Below, piece by piece: positions 49,720-58,488 of a stretch of DNA of 64,000 nt. Both the position numbers and the translations under genes were made by a program. This DNA comes from an uncultured Acidobacteriota bacterium (lineage in GTDB: Bacteria; Acidobacteriota; Vicinamibacteria; Vicinamibacterales; UBA2999), in assembly GCA_963734095.1 (NCBI GenBank), contig CAVTGK010000040.1, positions 162,492 to 226,491 of the forward strand. The letters are read 5' to 3'. The first letter of the stretch is position 1. Each line of letters begins with the position of its first letter. Below the pieces are notes generated by a model, which was given only the letters and a program-made list of their open reading frames with translations, did no database searches and was not told the DNA's origin.

Positions 49720-49863
49720 CACGAAGATCACGAACGGGATCTTCCGGCTAAAGCCGGAAGCCACGCGGAATTCATTCTCCTGTGGAGAGTTCATCCTCCT
49801 GTGGGAGTTCATCCTCCTGTGGCTTCCGCCTTCAGGCGGAAGATCCCGTTCGTGATCTTCGTG
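49720..49863. repeat. Composite palindrome: perfect 27-bp inverted repeat enclosing two 8-bp hairpins and three tandem 18-19-nt units
   Basis: cacgaagatcacgaacgggatcttccg (49720-49746) is the exact reverse complement of 49837-49863. Inner tandem is ttcatYctcctgtggRag x3 (49771-49823). Confidence 0.9.
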
Positions 49864-49878
49864 TCGGCTGAACTTCCT

Positions 49879-50457
49879 CTACTTCGCGGTAATCATGAAA
49901 TGACCGCGACGATTCTGTTGCCAGCAGCCTTCGGATTGCTCAGAGCAGAATGGCGATTCCTTCCCTCTCGTGACCACGGCAATCCGATCCGCGGGGACGC
50001 CAAGGCTGATGAGGTAGGCCTTGACAGCGTTTGCGCGGCGATCGCCCAGCGCGAGGTTGTACTCGCCCGATCCGCGTTCGTCGCAGTGGCCCTGGATCGT
50101 GAACCGGACCGACGACCATCGCTTCAGCCACTCGGCGTTCTTTTGAAGCAGCGGCCGGGCGTCGTTGCGCACGCTGGACTCGTCAAGATCGAAGAACACG
50201 TCACCGAGGTGCCCCTCTTTGTTGAGCTGATCGATGGTCTTCTTCGCGAAGATCTCATCGTCTGACAAAGTGGTTGGCGCTGGTGCGGCGGGAGGCGGCG
50301 GTGCCGGGGGGGGCGGCGTCGGGGGGGGCGCAGGCGCGGTCGGCGGAGGAGGCGCTGGCGGTTCTGGCGCAGGCTTCTTACCGCAACCCGCTGCACCGAT
50401 GGCGAAGACGACACAGAGCGTGACTGGCCCTGCCAGGCGTTGAAACACGGTCATCAA
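49879..50457 (-). CDS. pal: Peptidoglycan-associated lipoprotein (OmpA-family C-terminal domain)
   Basis: Lipobox ..AIGAAGC, a Pro/Ala-rich linker, then ..FDLDESSVR..QGHCDERGSGEYNLALGDRRA.. Confidence 0.85.
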   Translation of the reverse strand: MMTVFQRLAGPVTLCVVFAIGAAGCGKKPAPEPPAPPPPTAPAPPPTPPPPAPPPPAAPAPTTLSDDEIFAKKTIDQLNKEGHLGDVFFDLDESSVRNDARPLLQKNAEWLKRWSSVRFTIQGHCDERGSGEYNLALGDRRANAVKAYLISLGVPADRIAVVTRGKESPFCSEQSEGCWQQNRRGHFMITAK

Positions 50458-50579
50458 GGTTCTCCAGTGAAAGGTGGCACTTCGTACAATCGGCAGTTTC
50501 CGTGCATCACGTTAGGACGCGATGGGATCCGAGCCCCTTTTCTTGCGTGCACGCAGATTACAGAATGAGTACGGTCGGG

Positions 50580-52907
50580 TCAAGGCTGAGCTGCCACGTT
50601 CACGCCGAAAACGCGCAAGCCGAGGCGCCGTTGATCCGCCACACCGCTTCGTTCGGCGGGGACAAAGGTCTTATCGGTCTCGATGACAACTCGTCCGCGT
50701 GACGACTGTAATGCGTCAAGCGGGACCGTCACGCTCCACTGCTCTGATCGGTCGAAGCGCGTTTCGCCGAGGACGCGGTCTGACGCCTTCATGCGCACGA
50801 TCGGAGGCAGGTCGAAATAGCGCGTCGGACGTTCCACCCGCAGAGTAATGCTCACGGGCGTGCTGGCATCGATGATCCGAAGCGTCGAGCGGTCGGACGT
50901 CCAGCGCCAGACGCCCAGCGTCGCATTGAATTCGGCCTCCTGCCAGCCCTCGTCATAAGCCCACATCATCGAGCCGCGCGATTGCAGGTCGAACTGTTCG
51001 ATCGCCGTCGGGATCACAGTGGCGACCGAGCGGGACTCGATCGTCAAGCGGGCAAGCGGGCCGTCACCCACCAGGCCACCGGCGGGGACTTCGAATTCGT
51101 GGACGAAGAACCCCGGCGTCGCATCCCACCGCGCTATGGTTCGGCCATCGAGTGCGATCGCGAACGAGGCCGGTGGATCGAGCGGCGACCCCAGGTGACG
51201 GCCCCCGACAACCATGCGAACCGGCTCGGGACGCCGACGCACCCACGCGGTAATCGGACCGAGCGATGGTCCACGACCCATGAGCCGGGCAATGCCAGCC
51301 GTTTCGGGCGTCAGTGCCCATCCCTCTTCGGCGAACCAGCCCGGCGGAGGCATGCGATACCACGAGACGGCAGCCGGCCTCATCCCGCCGAGTTCTGACA
51401 ACGAATGAAATGGCCAGGTAAAGTCCATGCGGCTCGTTCGGCTCCGAGGATCGATCAGCGCCAGGTCGCTACGGCGCGGGTCGGCGAGAAACCAGAGCGG
51501 CTGAGAGTGTCCTTCGCGCCAGTAGCGATTCAGCTCGAGCCACTCGCGCCGGGGAGGCGACGCCAGACGCGGCTCGATGGAAACATCCTCCGCTTCCAAG
51601 GGCCTTTGAAAGGTTTGATGGAAGGCCAGACCGCCGGGCTTTTCCCCCCGTGCCTCATCTCGCATGGCTGCGACCACGCGCGCCGTCGGGCTGGGCTCGC
51701 TGCCGTAAGCCGCCAGAATGGGAGCCGCGGACGCGACCGACCAGAGCGCCAGGCCACCGGCGACCGGAAGCGCGGCTTGTCGAAGCGTCGCCTCCAAGCC
51801 ACACACGGCGAGATACACCGTCGGCGGGACCAAGGGAAGCGCGTAGCGGACAAACGTCGTGTCCTGGAACGCGAGATGGAACGCCAAATAGGGGACCGAG
51901 ACGAGCGCAATTGCCGTCAGTCCTCGGCGATCGCGGAGGACGAGCGCGATGGACCCCATCGCGGCCAACGCGACAACGATGCCTCCAAGGATGACCGAAT
52001 CCCAGGGATACAGAAACGTTCGCAGCAGCGCGAAGGCGGCGAGGCGTGGCGAGGGATTGGAGTAGAACATCTCGACGCCCGCGAAATCCTCGCCTGCCTG
52101 CGACCCAAGGGCAGCCAGGTAGCCATCGAGGCCGCCGCTCGCAGCGACGAGCGGAATCGCCCAGGCCAGTGCGCCAACGCTGAGCGCGACGCTGGTGCCG
52201 ACCAGTGCTCCCGCCACGCCTCTTCCGATGCGATCGATGAGAACACCAGCCAGGAGAGGCAGCGTCAGCAGGGCGTTCTGCGATCGGAACCCGATCGCGA
52301 TTCCGGCAAGGAGAGCCCCGAGCACAATCATCCGACCCGAAGCCGCCAGACGATCCGGGGAGAGCCGATGTCCACTTGACGCGCCCGCCCGCTGACGCCA
52401 CCACGCGAGGCCAAGCGCGGCTTGCGCTGCCAACGCCGCCGCCAGCCCGGGAACATCGCTCATCGGACGAACGCCGAGGTACCACATCAGCGGGCACGCG
52501 AGTGTGAGGGCGGTGGCGGCAAGGGCACGGGCGTCAAACGAGCGAAAGGGCGCAGTGATCAGATCATCGGATTCGGCGGATGCGCCCGACGACCAGCACG
52601 ACATCACTCGATAAAGCAGGAACACGCATGCGATGGCGCCGAGCAGCGACAGCAGCGACAGCGTGCGCGCCTCGATCGCCGATTGCGCAGGACCCGTGCC
52701 AAGCATTTTCAGGACGGTCGCGCCGACCTTCGCAAGCCCGATGTAGACGGGATACCCCGGCGGATGCGGTCGATGTTGTGCGACATCGAAGTCGCGAATC
52801 CCGAGCGCGAAGTTGACTGAGTCGATGTCTTCGAGCGCTGTGGCCAGATACGGAAGGTGCGCCAGGGTGTACGCGATCGCCAACACCCCGAGGGCGGAGC
52901 GAATCAC
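50580..52907 (-). CDS. DUF2723 / GT-C-fold membrane glycosyltransferase-like protein
   Basis: 775 aa. N-terminal ..EDIDSVNFALGIRDFDVAQHRPHPPGYPVY.., about 10 TM helices and a large C-terminal soluble domain. Confidence 0.65.
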   Translation of the reverse strand: MIRSALGVLAIAYTLAHLPYLATALEDIDSVNFALGIRDFDVAQHRPHPPGYPVYIGLAKVGATVLKMLGTGPAQSAIEARTLSLLSLLGAIACVFLLYRVMSCWSSGASAESDDLITAPFRSFDARALAATALTLACPLMWYLGVRPMSDVPGLAAALAAQAALGLAWWRQRAGASSGHRLSPDRLAASGRMIVLGALLAGIAIGFRSQNALLTLPLLAGVLIDRIGRGVAGALVGTSVALSVGALAWAIPLVAASGGLDGYLAALGSQAGEDFAGVEMFYSNPSPRLAAFALLRTFLYPWDSVILGGIVVALAAMGSIALVLRDRRGLTAIALVSVPYLAFHLAFQDTTFVRYALPLVPPTVYLAVCGLEATLRQAALPVAGGLALWSVASAAPILAAYGSEPSPTARVVAAMRDEARGEKPGGLAFHQTFQRPLEAEDVSIEPRLASPPRREWLELNRYWREGHSQPLWFLADPRRSDLALIDPRSRTSRMDFTWPFHSLSELGGMRPAAVSWYRMPPPGWFAEEGWALTPETAGIARLMGRGPSLGPITAWVRRRPEPVRMVVGGRHLGSPLDPPASFAIALDGRTIARWDATPGFFVHEFEVPAGGLVGDGPLARLTIESRSVATVIPTAIEQFDLQSRGSMMWAYDEGWQEAEFNATLGVWRWTSDRSTLRIIDASTPVSITLRVERPTRYFDLPPIVRMKASDRVLGETRFDRSEQWSVTVPLDALQSSRGRVVIETDKTFVPAERSGVADQRRLGLRVFGVNVAAQP

Positions 52908-52962
52908 TAGTGAAGTTGCGGCTCGAACCGCCGAGAAAAACAGGCCACCATGTTGCGGGACA

Positions 52963-53823
52963 CTAGACCGGTCGGAGCCGCAGCGCGTCGTTCAGGCTGC
53001 CCTGACGATATCCCTGAAGGTCGATCGTGACGTGCTGGTAGCCGAGGGCGCGCAACTCGCGGACCAGCACGGTGCTGACGTCAGGATCGAGGGCACGCGC
53101 CATCTCGTCCTTCCCAATCTCGAGGCGGGCGATCGTCTCATGATGCCTCACCCGGAAGACGCGAAACCCAAGCTCTCGCAGAACATCCTCCGCCTGCTCG
53201 ATCGTTCTGAGCTTCTCCTCGGTGACGGCGTTGCCGTAGGGTATGCGGGATGACAGGCATGCCGAAGCCGGCGTATCCCATGTGGGCAATCCCGCGCGAC
53301 GCGACAGCTCTCGGATCTCGTCCTTTGCGAGGCTGGCTTCATCGAGCGGGCTGCGAACACCAAACTCGCGCGCAGCCTGCCGGCCTGGGCGGTAGTCACC
53401 GCGATCGTCAGCATTGCTGCCATCGACGATGGCCGCGAATCCGCGCAGTTCCTGCAGCTTTCTGAGTTCAGAGTACAGCTCGTGCTTGCAGTAATAGCAG
53501 CGATTCGCTGAATTGACACGATACTCCGGTCGTTCGAGCTCGCTGGTCTGGATGATCTCGTGGGCAATCCCGAACTCGCCTGCGACCCGAAGCGCCAGCT
53601 GTCGATGTGCCTCGGGATAGCTGGCGCTGTCAGCCGTCACCGCGAGGGCCTTGGCACCCAGAACGGCGGTGGCCGTGTATGCCAGGTAGGCACTGTCGGC
53701 GCCACCGCTGAATGCCACGATCACAGAATCGAGGTCCGCAAGGACGGCGTGGACTGCGTCCTCTTTCGCGCGGAGTGCCGGAGAGAGCGGGGCCAGGTCC
53801 CTACTCGTCGAGGTCTTCTTCAT
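52963..53823 (-). CDS. larE: PP-loop ATP pyrophosphatase of the LarE / TIGR00268 family
   Basis: ..VIVAFSGGADSAYL.. (SGGxDS PP-loop) and ..SACLSSRIPYG... The start was chosen at ATG 53823, overlapping the upstream zinc-ribbon gene by 23 nt. The longer ORF to 53979 only translates the acidic-tail region out of frame. Confidence 0.7.
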   Translation of the reverse strand: MKKTSTSRDLAPLSPALRAKEDAVHAVLADLDSVIVAFSGGADSAYLAYTATAVLGAKALAVTADSASYPEAHRQLALRVAGEFGIAHEIIQTSELERPEYRVNSANRCYYCKHELYSELRKLQELRGFAAIVDGSNADDRGDYRPGRQAAREFGVRSPLDEASLAKDEIRELSRRAGLPTWDTPASACLSSRIPYGNAVTEEKLRTIEQAEDVLRELGFRVFRVRHHETIARLEIGKDEMARALDPDVSTVLVRELRALGYQHVTIDLQGYRQGSLNDALRLRPV

Positions 53824-54037
53824 TCTCGCCGTCGTCGTCGAATTCGTCCTCGTCGTCGTCCTCTTCGTCTTCATCCTCGTCCTCGTCCTCGTCATCGGCA
53901 AGTTCGAGTTCGAGAGGCGCATCACTGAAGACCCTGAGTAGCGCACCACATTCCGAGCAGGCCAACTCGTCGCCGACATCGACGTCCAGTTCGTCGATGT
54001 CGATTACGGAGTCACACTCGGGACAATTGGCAGCCAT
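53801..54037 (-). CDS. LysW-like zinc-ribbon protein with long poly-acidic tail
   Basis: 78 aa. MAANCPECDSVIDI..GDELACSECGALLRV..PLELELADDEDEDEDEDEEDDDEDEFDDDGENEEDLDE*. AGGAG lies 8 nt upstream of the ATG. Confidence 0.65.
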   Translation of the reverse strand: MAANCPECDSVIDIDELDVDVGDELACSECGALLRVFSDAPLELELADDEDEDEDEDEEDDDEDEFDDDGENEEDLDE

Positions 54038-54078
54038 TCCACGCTCCTGATCACGAAAAAACGGTAAAGATCCTCGGA

Positions 54079-54108
54079 ATTATAGCGAGAACCTGATAGA
54101 GTCTGCAA
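54079..54108 (-). promoter_or_regulatory. Sigma70-like promoter TTGCAG-N18-TATAAT for the zinc-ribbon/larE-like pair
   Basis: The minus strand reads gTTGCAGactctatcaggttctcgcTATAATtcc, about 40 nt upstream of the ATG at 54037. Confidence 0.5.
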
Positions 54109-54137
54109 CGAACGCAGGCGCAACTTTTCAACCCACA

Positions 54138-54854
54138 ATGCCCGCTGCGGCCACTGCCAAGACTGTCCTCGTTGCCGACGACACCGCCTTCGTGCGGGAC
54201 CGCTTCAAAGCGGCGATCGAAGGCGCGGGCCATCGTGCGCTCACGGCGAAGAGCGCGGGCGAACTCCTGTCCCGCCTCCGGGTTGAGTTGTCACAACTCG
54301 ACTTGATTGTGCTCGACCTGCGACTGCCGCATGCGTCCGGCGTCGACATCGTGCGAAACATACGACGTCTGGATGACGGGCGACTGCCCATCCTCGTTTT
54401 CAGCGGGACAGTGACCGATGCGGATGAGGTTCGTGAGCTTGCCCGCCTCGGCGTTGCGGGTTACCTCAACGAGTACAGCGCCGTGCAGCACATCCTGCCG
54501 TCGCTCGCACCGCACTTGTTTCCCGACAGCTTCAATCGACGGGCGAGCCCGCGGGTCGTCATCGGCATTCCGATTGCCTATCGCGTGGGTAACACGATTG
54601 CGGCCGCCCTGACGCTGAACATGAGTCGCGGAGGCATCGCCATTCGTACCACGAGCCCGCTCGACACCGACGCCAAGGCTCGCCTGCGCTTCAGGCTGCC
54701 GGCTTCGAAGAAGGACATCGACGCGGACGCCCGCGTCTGCTGGTGCGACACTCGCGTTGGCATGGGGCTGCAGTTCGAACGCGTCCATCCGGCAGATCAG
54801 AAGGCCATCGACGACTACGTCGATGCCAACTTCTTCAATCCGCGCAAGGTCTAG
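54138..54854 (+). CDS. Response-regulator receiver domain fused to a PilZ domain
   Basis: 238 aa. ..VLVADD..LIVLDLRLP.. (REC), then ..RRASPRV..LNMSRGGIAI.. (PilZ RxxxR / D.S.GG pattern). Confidence 0.8.
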   Translation: MPAAATAKTVLVADDTAFVRDRFKAAIEGAGHRALTAKSAGELLSRLRVELSQLDLIVLDLRLPHASGVDIVRNIRRLDDGRLPILVFSGTVTDADEVRELARLGVAGYLNEYSAVQHILPSLAPHLFPDSFNRRASPRVVIGIPIAYRVGNTIAAALTLNMSRGGIAIRTTSPLDTDAKARLRFRLPASKKDIDADARVCWCDTRVGMGLQFERVHPADQKAIDDYVDANFFNPRKV

Positions 54855-54991
54855 CCACCGGTCGTACGGAAGCCACAGATAATTTAGCCACGAGAGGCAC
54901 GAAGGACACGTGTCGGTTGGATCTCTGCGTGACTCTGACCTCGTGGCTACGTAATGCCTTTCGATCCTGTTGACCGCAGACTTGCTGGCAC

Positions 54992-57139
54992 CTAACCTTG
55001 TCGTAGCAGCCGCATCGCATTGGCGACCACGAGGAGTGACGCGCCAGTATCCGCGACGACCGCCATCCATAGCGTGGCGACGCCGGCGACGGCGGCCGCG
55101 AGAAACGCGGCCTTGAGTACCAGCGACGTCACGATGTTCACGCGGATGTTACGTACTGTGGCTCGGGCGAGCCTGATCGCGTAGGCGACTCGTGGCAGGT
55201 CGTCGGTCATCAGGGCGACATCGGCGGTTTCAAGGGCCGCATCGCTGCCGATCACGCCCATTGCAATGCCGACGTCCGCGACGGCAAGCGCAGGCGCATC
55301 GTTGACGCCGTCACCCACCATCGCAATCGACCCATGCGCGTGCCGAAGCTCCTGGACGGCGGCAACCTTCTCGTGAGGCAGCAGACCGGCCCGAACAATG
55401 TCGATGCCAAGGCGGGAGCCCACCGCGCGTGCCGTCCTCTCCTGGTCGCCCGTCAGCATGACGACCGGTCGAATTCCCTGCTGGTGCAGCAGGTGAATCG
55501 TATCGGCGGCGACTTCTCGCTCTTCGTCGGCAACGCCAATCACTCCCAAAGTCACTCCGTCGCGCGCGATCAGAATCGGCGCTGCGCCCGACGCTACAAC
55601 CTCTTCAGCCGCCGCGACGGTCGCGGCCGGCACCGTGAGTCCGCGCTCCTGAAACAGGCGAGCGTTACCGCAAACGACGAGCGCGCCGCCGATGCGGCCC
55701 TCAGCGCCGAGCCCGGGCAACGCGCGAACATCTGGCACAGCGGGCGGCGATAACCGCCGTGCGCGCGCCTCCGCGACGATAGCGGCCGCCACCGGATGCT
55801 CGGACCGTGCCTCGATCGCAGCCGCCGTCGTCAACAGGTCGGCTTCGGAGACGGGTCCCGTTGGCACGACGGCAGTGACGCGCAGTGTGGCGCGAGTCAG
55901 CGTGCCGGTCTTGTCGAACGCGATCGTGCGAATCGCCGCAAGTCGCTCCAAGTGAACGCCGCCCTTCACCAGCACTCCTCGCCTGGCCGCGCCCGCCAAT
56001 GCCGAAACGATTGAAACGGGCGTTGAGATCACGAGGGCGCATGGGCACGACACCACGAGCAGGACCAGCGCACGATAGAGCCAGGTATCGAAAGCGCCTC
56101 CGAGAAGCGGCGGGACGGTCGCGACCAACACCGCCAGCGCAATCACACCGGGTGTGTACCAGCGCGCGAACCGATCGACGAACTGTTGGGAGGGGGCTCG
56201 CTGCGCCTGGGCAGACTCGACGAGATGGATGATTCGCGCCAGCGTCGTGTCGGCGCCTTTGCGCGAGACACTGACCTCGAGCGCACCATGGCCATTGATC
56301 GTGCCGGCAAACACCTCATCACCCGCGCTCTTGTCCACGGGCAGGGACTCACCCGTTATCGGCGCCTGGTTGACGTCGGAGCGCCCCTCGACCACGAGGC
56401 CGTCGAGAGGGATCTTCTCACCCGGCCGAATCAGGATTACTGTGCCGATCGTCACGCGATCAATCGGCACGAGCTCTTCGTGATCGCCATGAGCGATGCG
56501 GGCCTCCGAGGGAGACAGGTCCATCAGCGCACGAATGGCTTCGCGCGCGCGATCCATGCTGCGCGACTCCAGCCACTGGGCGATGCCAAACAAGAACACC
56601 ACCGTCCCGGCTTCTGCCCATTCGCCCAGAAAGGCGGCTCCCACGACCGCCACCAGCATGAGCACGTTGATGTCGAGCTCACGCATGCGGAGCGAAGCCA
56701 AAGCGCGCTGGGCTGGATAGGCGCCGCCCGTAACGGCCGCCAACAGGAACGTGGAGATCCGCCAGATTGCGGGGACGTCAAACCAAGTCAGCACGAAACC
56801 GGTCACCAGGGCGATTCCCGACGCGAGCACGAGAAGGCCGCGACTGCGAGCGGACGGGGGCGCGACCGGCTGTTCGTGCTCCAGCCACGCCCGCATGCCC
56901 GTTTCGGCAACTGCTTCGACAATGGCGTTGGTTGAAACGACAGCCGCGTCGTACTTCACGTGGAGGCGCTGACCGACGATGTCGGCCGCAACGTCTTCAA
57001 CTCCGGAAATCGGCCCCAAGCGTCGCTGGAGAATCTTCGCCTCTTCGCCGCAGCACATGCCATCGATGCGAAACACGGACTCCGCATGAACCTCACAGCG
57101 CGTGCAAACCGTTGGAACCGTCACCGCTGGCGCGGTCAT
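54992..57139 (-). CDS. Heavy-metal (Zn/Cd/Co-type) P1B-type ATPase
   Basis: HMA domain (FRIDGMCCGEEAKIL), CPC in ..VVSCPCALVISTP.., DKTGTLT, and GDGVNDAPAL. The start ATG 57139 is ATGA-coupled to the arsR stop. The upstream part of the ORF is not coding. Confidence 0.85.
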   Translation of the reverse strand: MTAPAVTVPTVCTRCEVHAESVFRIDGMCCGEEAKILQRRLGPISGVEDVAADIVGQRLHVKYDAAVVSTNAIVEAVAETGMRAWLEHEQPVAPPSARSRGLLVLASGIALVTGFVLTWFDVPAIWRISTFLLAAVTGGAYPAQRALASLRMRELDINVLMLVAVVGAAFLGEWAEAGTVVFLFGIAQWLESRSMDRAREAIRALMDLSPSEARIAHGDHEELVPIDRVTIGTVILIRPGEKIPLDGLVVEGRSDVNQAPITGESLPVDKSAGDEVFAGTINGHGALEVSVSRKGADTTLARIIHLVESAQAQRAPSQQFVDRFARWYTPGVIALAVLVATVPPLLGGAFDTWLYRALVLLVVSCPCALVISTPVSIVSALAGAARRGVLVKGGVHLERLAAIRTIAFDKTGTLTRATLRVTAVVPTGPVSEADLLTTAAAIEARSEHPVAAAIVAEARARRLSPPAVPDVRALPGLGAEGRIGGALVVCGNARLFQERGLTVPAATVAAAEEVVASGAAPILIARDGVTLGVIGVADEEREVAADTIHLLHQQGIRPVVMLTGDQERTARAVGSRLGIDIVRAGLLPHEKVAAVQELRHAHGSIAMVGDGVNDAPALAVADVGIAMGVIGSDAALETADVALMTDDLPRVAYAIRLARATVRNIRVNIVTSLVLKAAFLAAAVAGVATLWMAVVADTGASLLVVANAMRLLRQG

Positions 57140-57549
57140 CGCGCGCGCCTTTGTGCTTTGAGCCCGCCGCTGGCTTCCTGGACATGCCGCAACCCCTGTC
57201 GGAACAGCGTGATGATGTGGCGGTCGTCGAGCGCATAGAACACCATGCGTCCGTCGCGGCGCGGCCGCACCAGCCGCAGATGGCGCAGCAGCCGGAGTTG
57301 ATGGGAGACGGCTGATTCCGACATCGACACGAGCGCAGCAAGGTCGCAGACGCATAGTTCGCCGTGCGACAACGCGTCGAGAATGCGGACGCGCGTCGGG
57401 TCGCCGAGCACCCGGAACGTCTCGGCGAGGTCGATCACGTCGTCGCCTCCAATGAGCGACTGGCGCAGTTCAGCGACCCGCGCCGGGTGCAGATGAACGA
57501 TGTCGCAGACTTCAGGTGCAGTCCCGCGAATATCTGAACGGCTGCTCAT
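57136..57549 (-). CDS. ArsR/SmtB-family metalloregulator
   Basis: 137 aa. ..FRVLGDPTRVRILDAL..ELCVCDLA..SAVSHQLRLL... The start codon sits inside the inverted repeat GCTGCT-N14-AGCAGC (57541-57566). Confidence 0.85.
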   Translation of the reverse strand: MSSRSDIRGTAPEVCDIVHLHPARVAELRQSLIGGDDVIDLAETFRVLGDPTRVRILDALSHGELCVCDLAALVSMSESAVSHQLRLLRHLRLVRPRRDGRMVFYALDDRHIITLFRQGLRHVQEASGGLKAQRRAR

Positions 57550-57568
57550 ATGTTCAGTATAGCAGCCT

Positions 57569-57662
57569 CCGGTCCACGTCCACGGTCCACGGTGCCAGGC
57601 GCGGTCCAGGCCCACGGCCCGGCCCCGGCCATGGACGGCTACCGGACCGGACCGGTCCGACG
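57569..57662. repeat. Word hairpin (GGTCCAC / GGACCGG words)
   Basis: ccggtccacgtccacggtccacggtgccaggcgcggtccaggcccacggcc-cggccccggcc-atggacggctaccggaccggaccggtccgacg. Confidence 0.75.
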
Positions 57663-58130
57663 TTAGAGCGCCGCGAGCGCCGCGCGAACCTTGCCGTAAT
57701 CCGGCTCGTTCCTGGCGTCTTCCAGGACCTCTTGGTGGCGCACGATGCCCGCCGGATCGATGACGAACACCGCTCGCTTGGCGATCTCTTTGAGGCCAAT
57801 CATGTCGGGATTGACCACCCCGTACTGGCGGATCACCTCTTTGTTGTAATCGCTGAGGAGCGGGAAGCCAAAGCGCTGTTGGTCCGTCCACGCCTTGAGC
57901 GTGAAGAACGTATCCGTGCTGACGCCCATGACCTGCGCCTTCACCGCCGACAAGTCGGCCATGGAGTCACGAAAGGTGCACAGCTCCTGCTGGCAGACCG
58001 AGCTGAAGGCGGCGGGGAAAAACGCGAGCACGACCGGACCGTTCGCAAGCGCCGTGCTGAGCGTCACGGGTTGTCTGTCCTGGTTCATCAACGTGAAGTC
58101 GGGGGCCTTGGATCCGGGATTGAGTGGCAT
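57663..58130 (-). CDS. Peroxiredoxin (AhpC/TSA family)
   Basis: 155 aa. ..APDFTL..VVLAFFPAAFSSVCQQELC.. Confidence 0.85.
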   Translation of the reverse strand: MPLNPGSKAPDFTLMNQDRQPVTLSTALANGPVVLAFFPAAFSSVCQQELCTFRDSMADLSAVKAQVMGVSTDTFFTLKAWTDQQRFGFPLLSDYNKEVIRQYGVVNPDMIGLKEIAKRAVFVIDPAGIVRHQEVLEDARNEPDYGKVRAALAAL

Positions 58131-58488
58131 CCGCTTATCCTAACCGCGGTCTGGCCGACCAATTCCGGGCTTCTCGCCGTCCTAACTTGCAGGTGGCTCG
58201 GCGCGGTCAGCTGCCAAGGGAATCACCGTCACCAGCGGCGGGTTGCGACCGCAAACGGTCTGCACGCGACTTGCCCGGATGCGACGGTTGGAATAGGATC
58301 GAAGGCTTGTGTCAGAGAAGTGACGCCAACGTCTAGACTTCGTCCCGCGCTCGTCGAAGGGCGGAGCGGGGCAAGCCAATGCTGCCCTAGCAACGCGGAG
58401 CCGGTGCGTCCAGTCTAGGCAAATTCGCGCGAAGCTAGTTTACCGGGCTCCGCCTGGTCGAAAAACAGATCAACAACAAAGGTTCAGC

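Noticed and set aside
10700-49863. Integron attC sites or gene cassettes (imperfect hairpins between genes)
   Set aside because: No intI integrase or attI site is present. The flanked genes are in both orientations and are mostly core housekeeping (hem, pyr, uppS-cdsA). Hairpin arms are internally periodic, unlike attC.
57541-57566. ArsR/SmtB operator (GCTGCT-N14-AGCAGC over the arsR start codon)
   Set aside because: Only the 6-bp outer arms are complementary, and the inner sequence is not the 12-2-12 type palindrome typical of SmtB/CadC operators. It is noted in the arsR evidence but is too weak to call as a feature.
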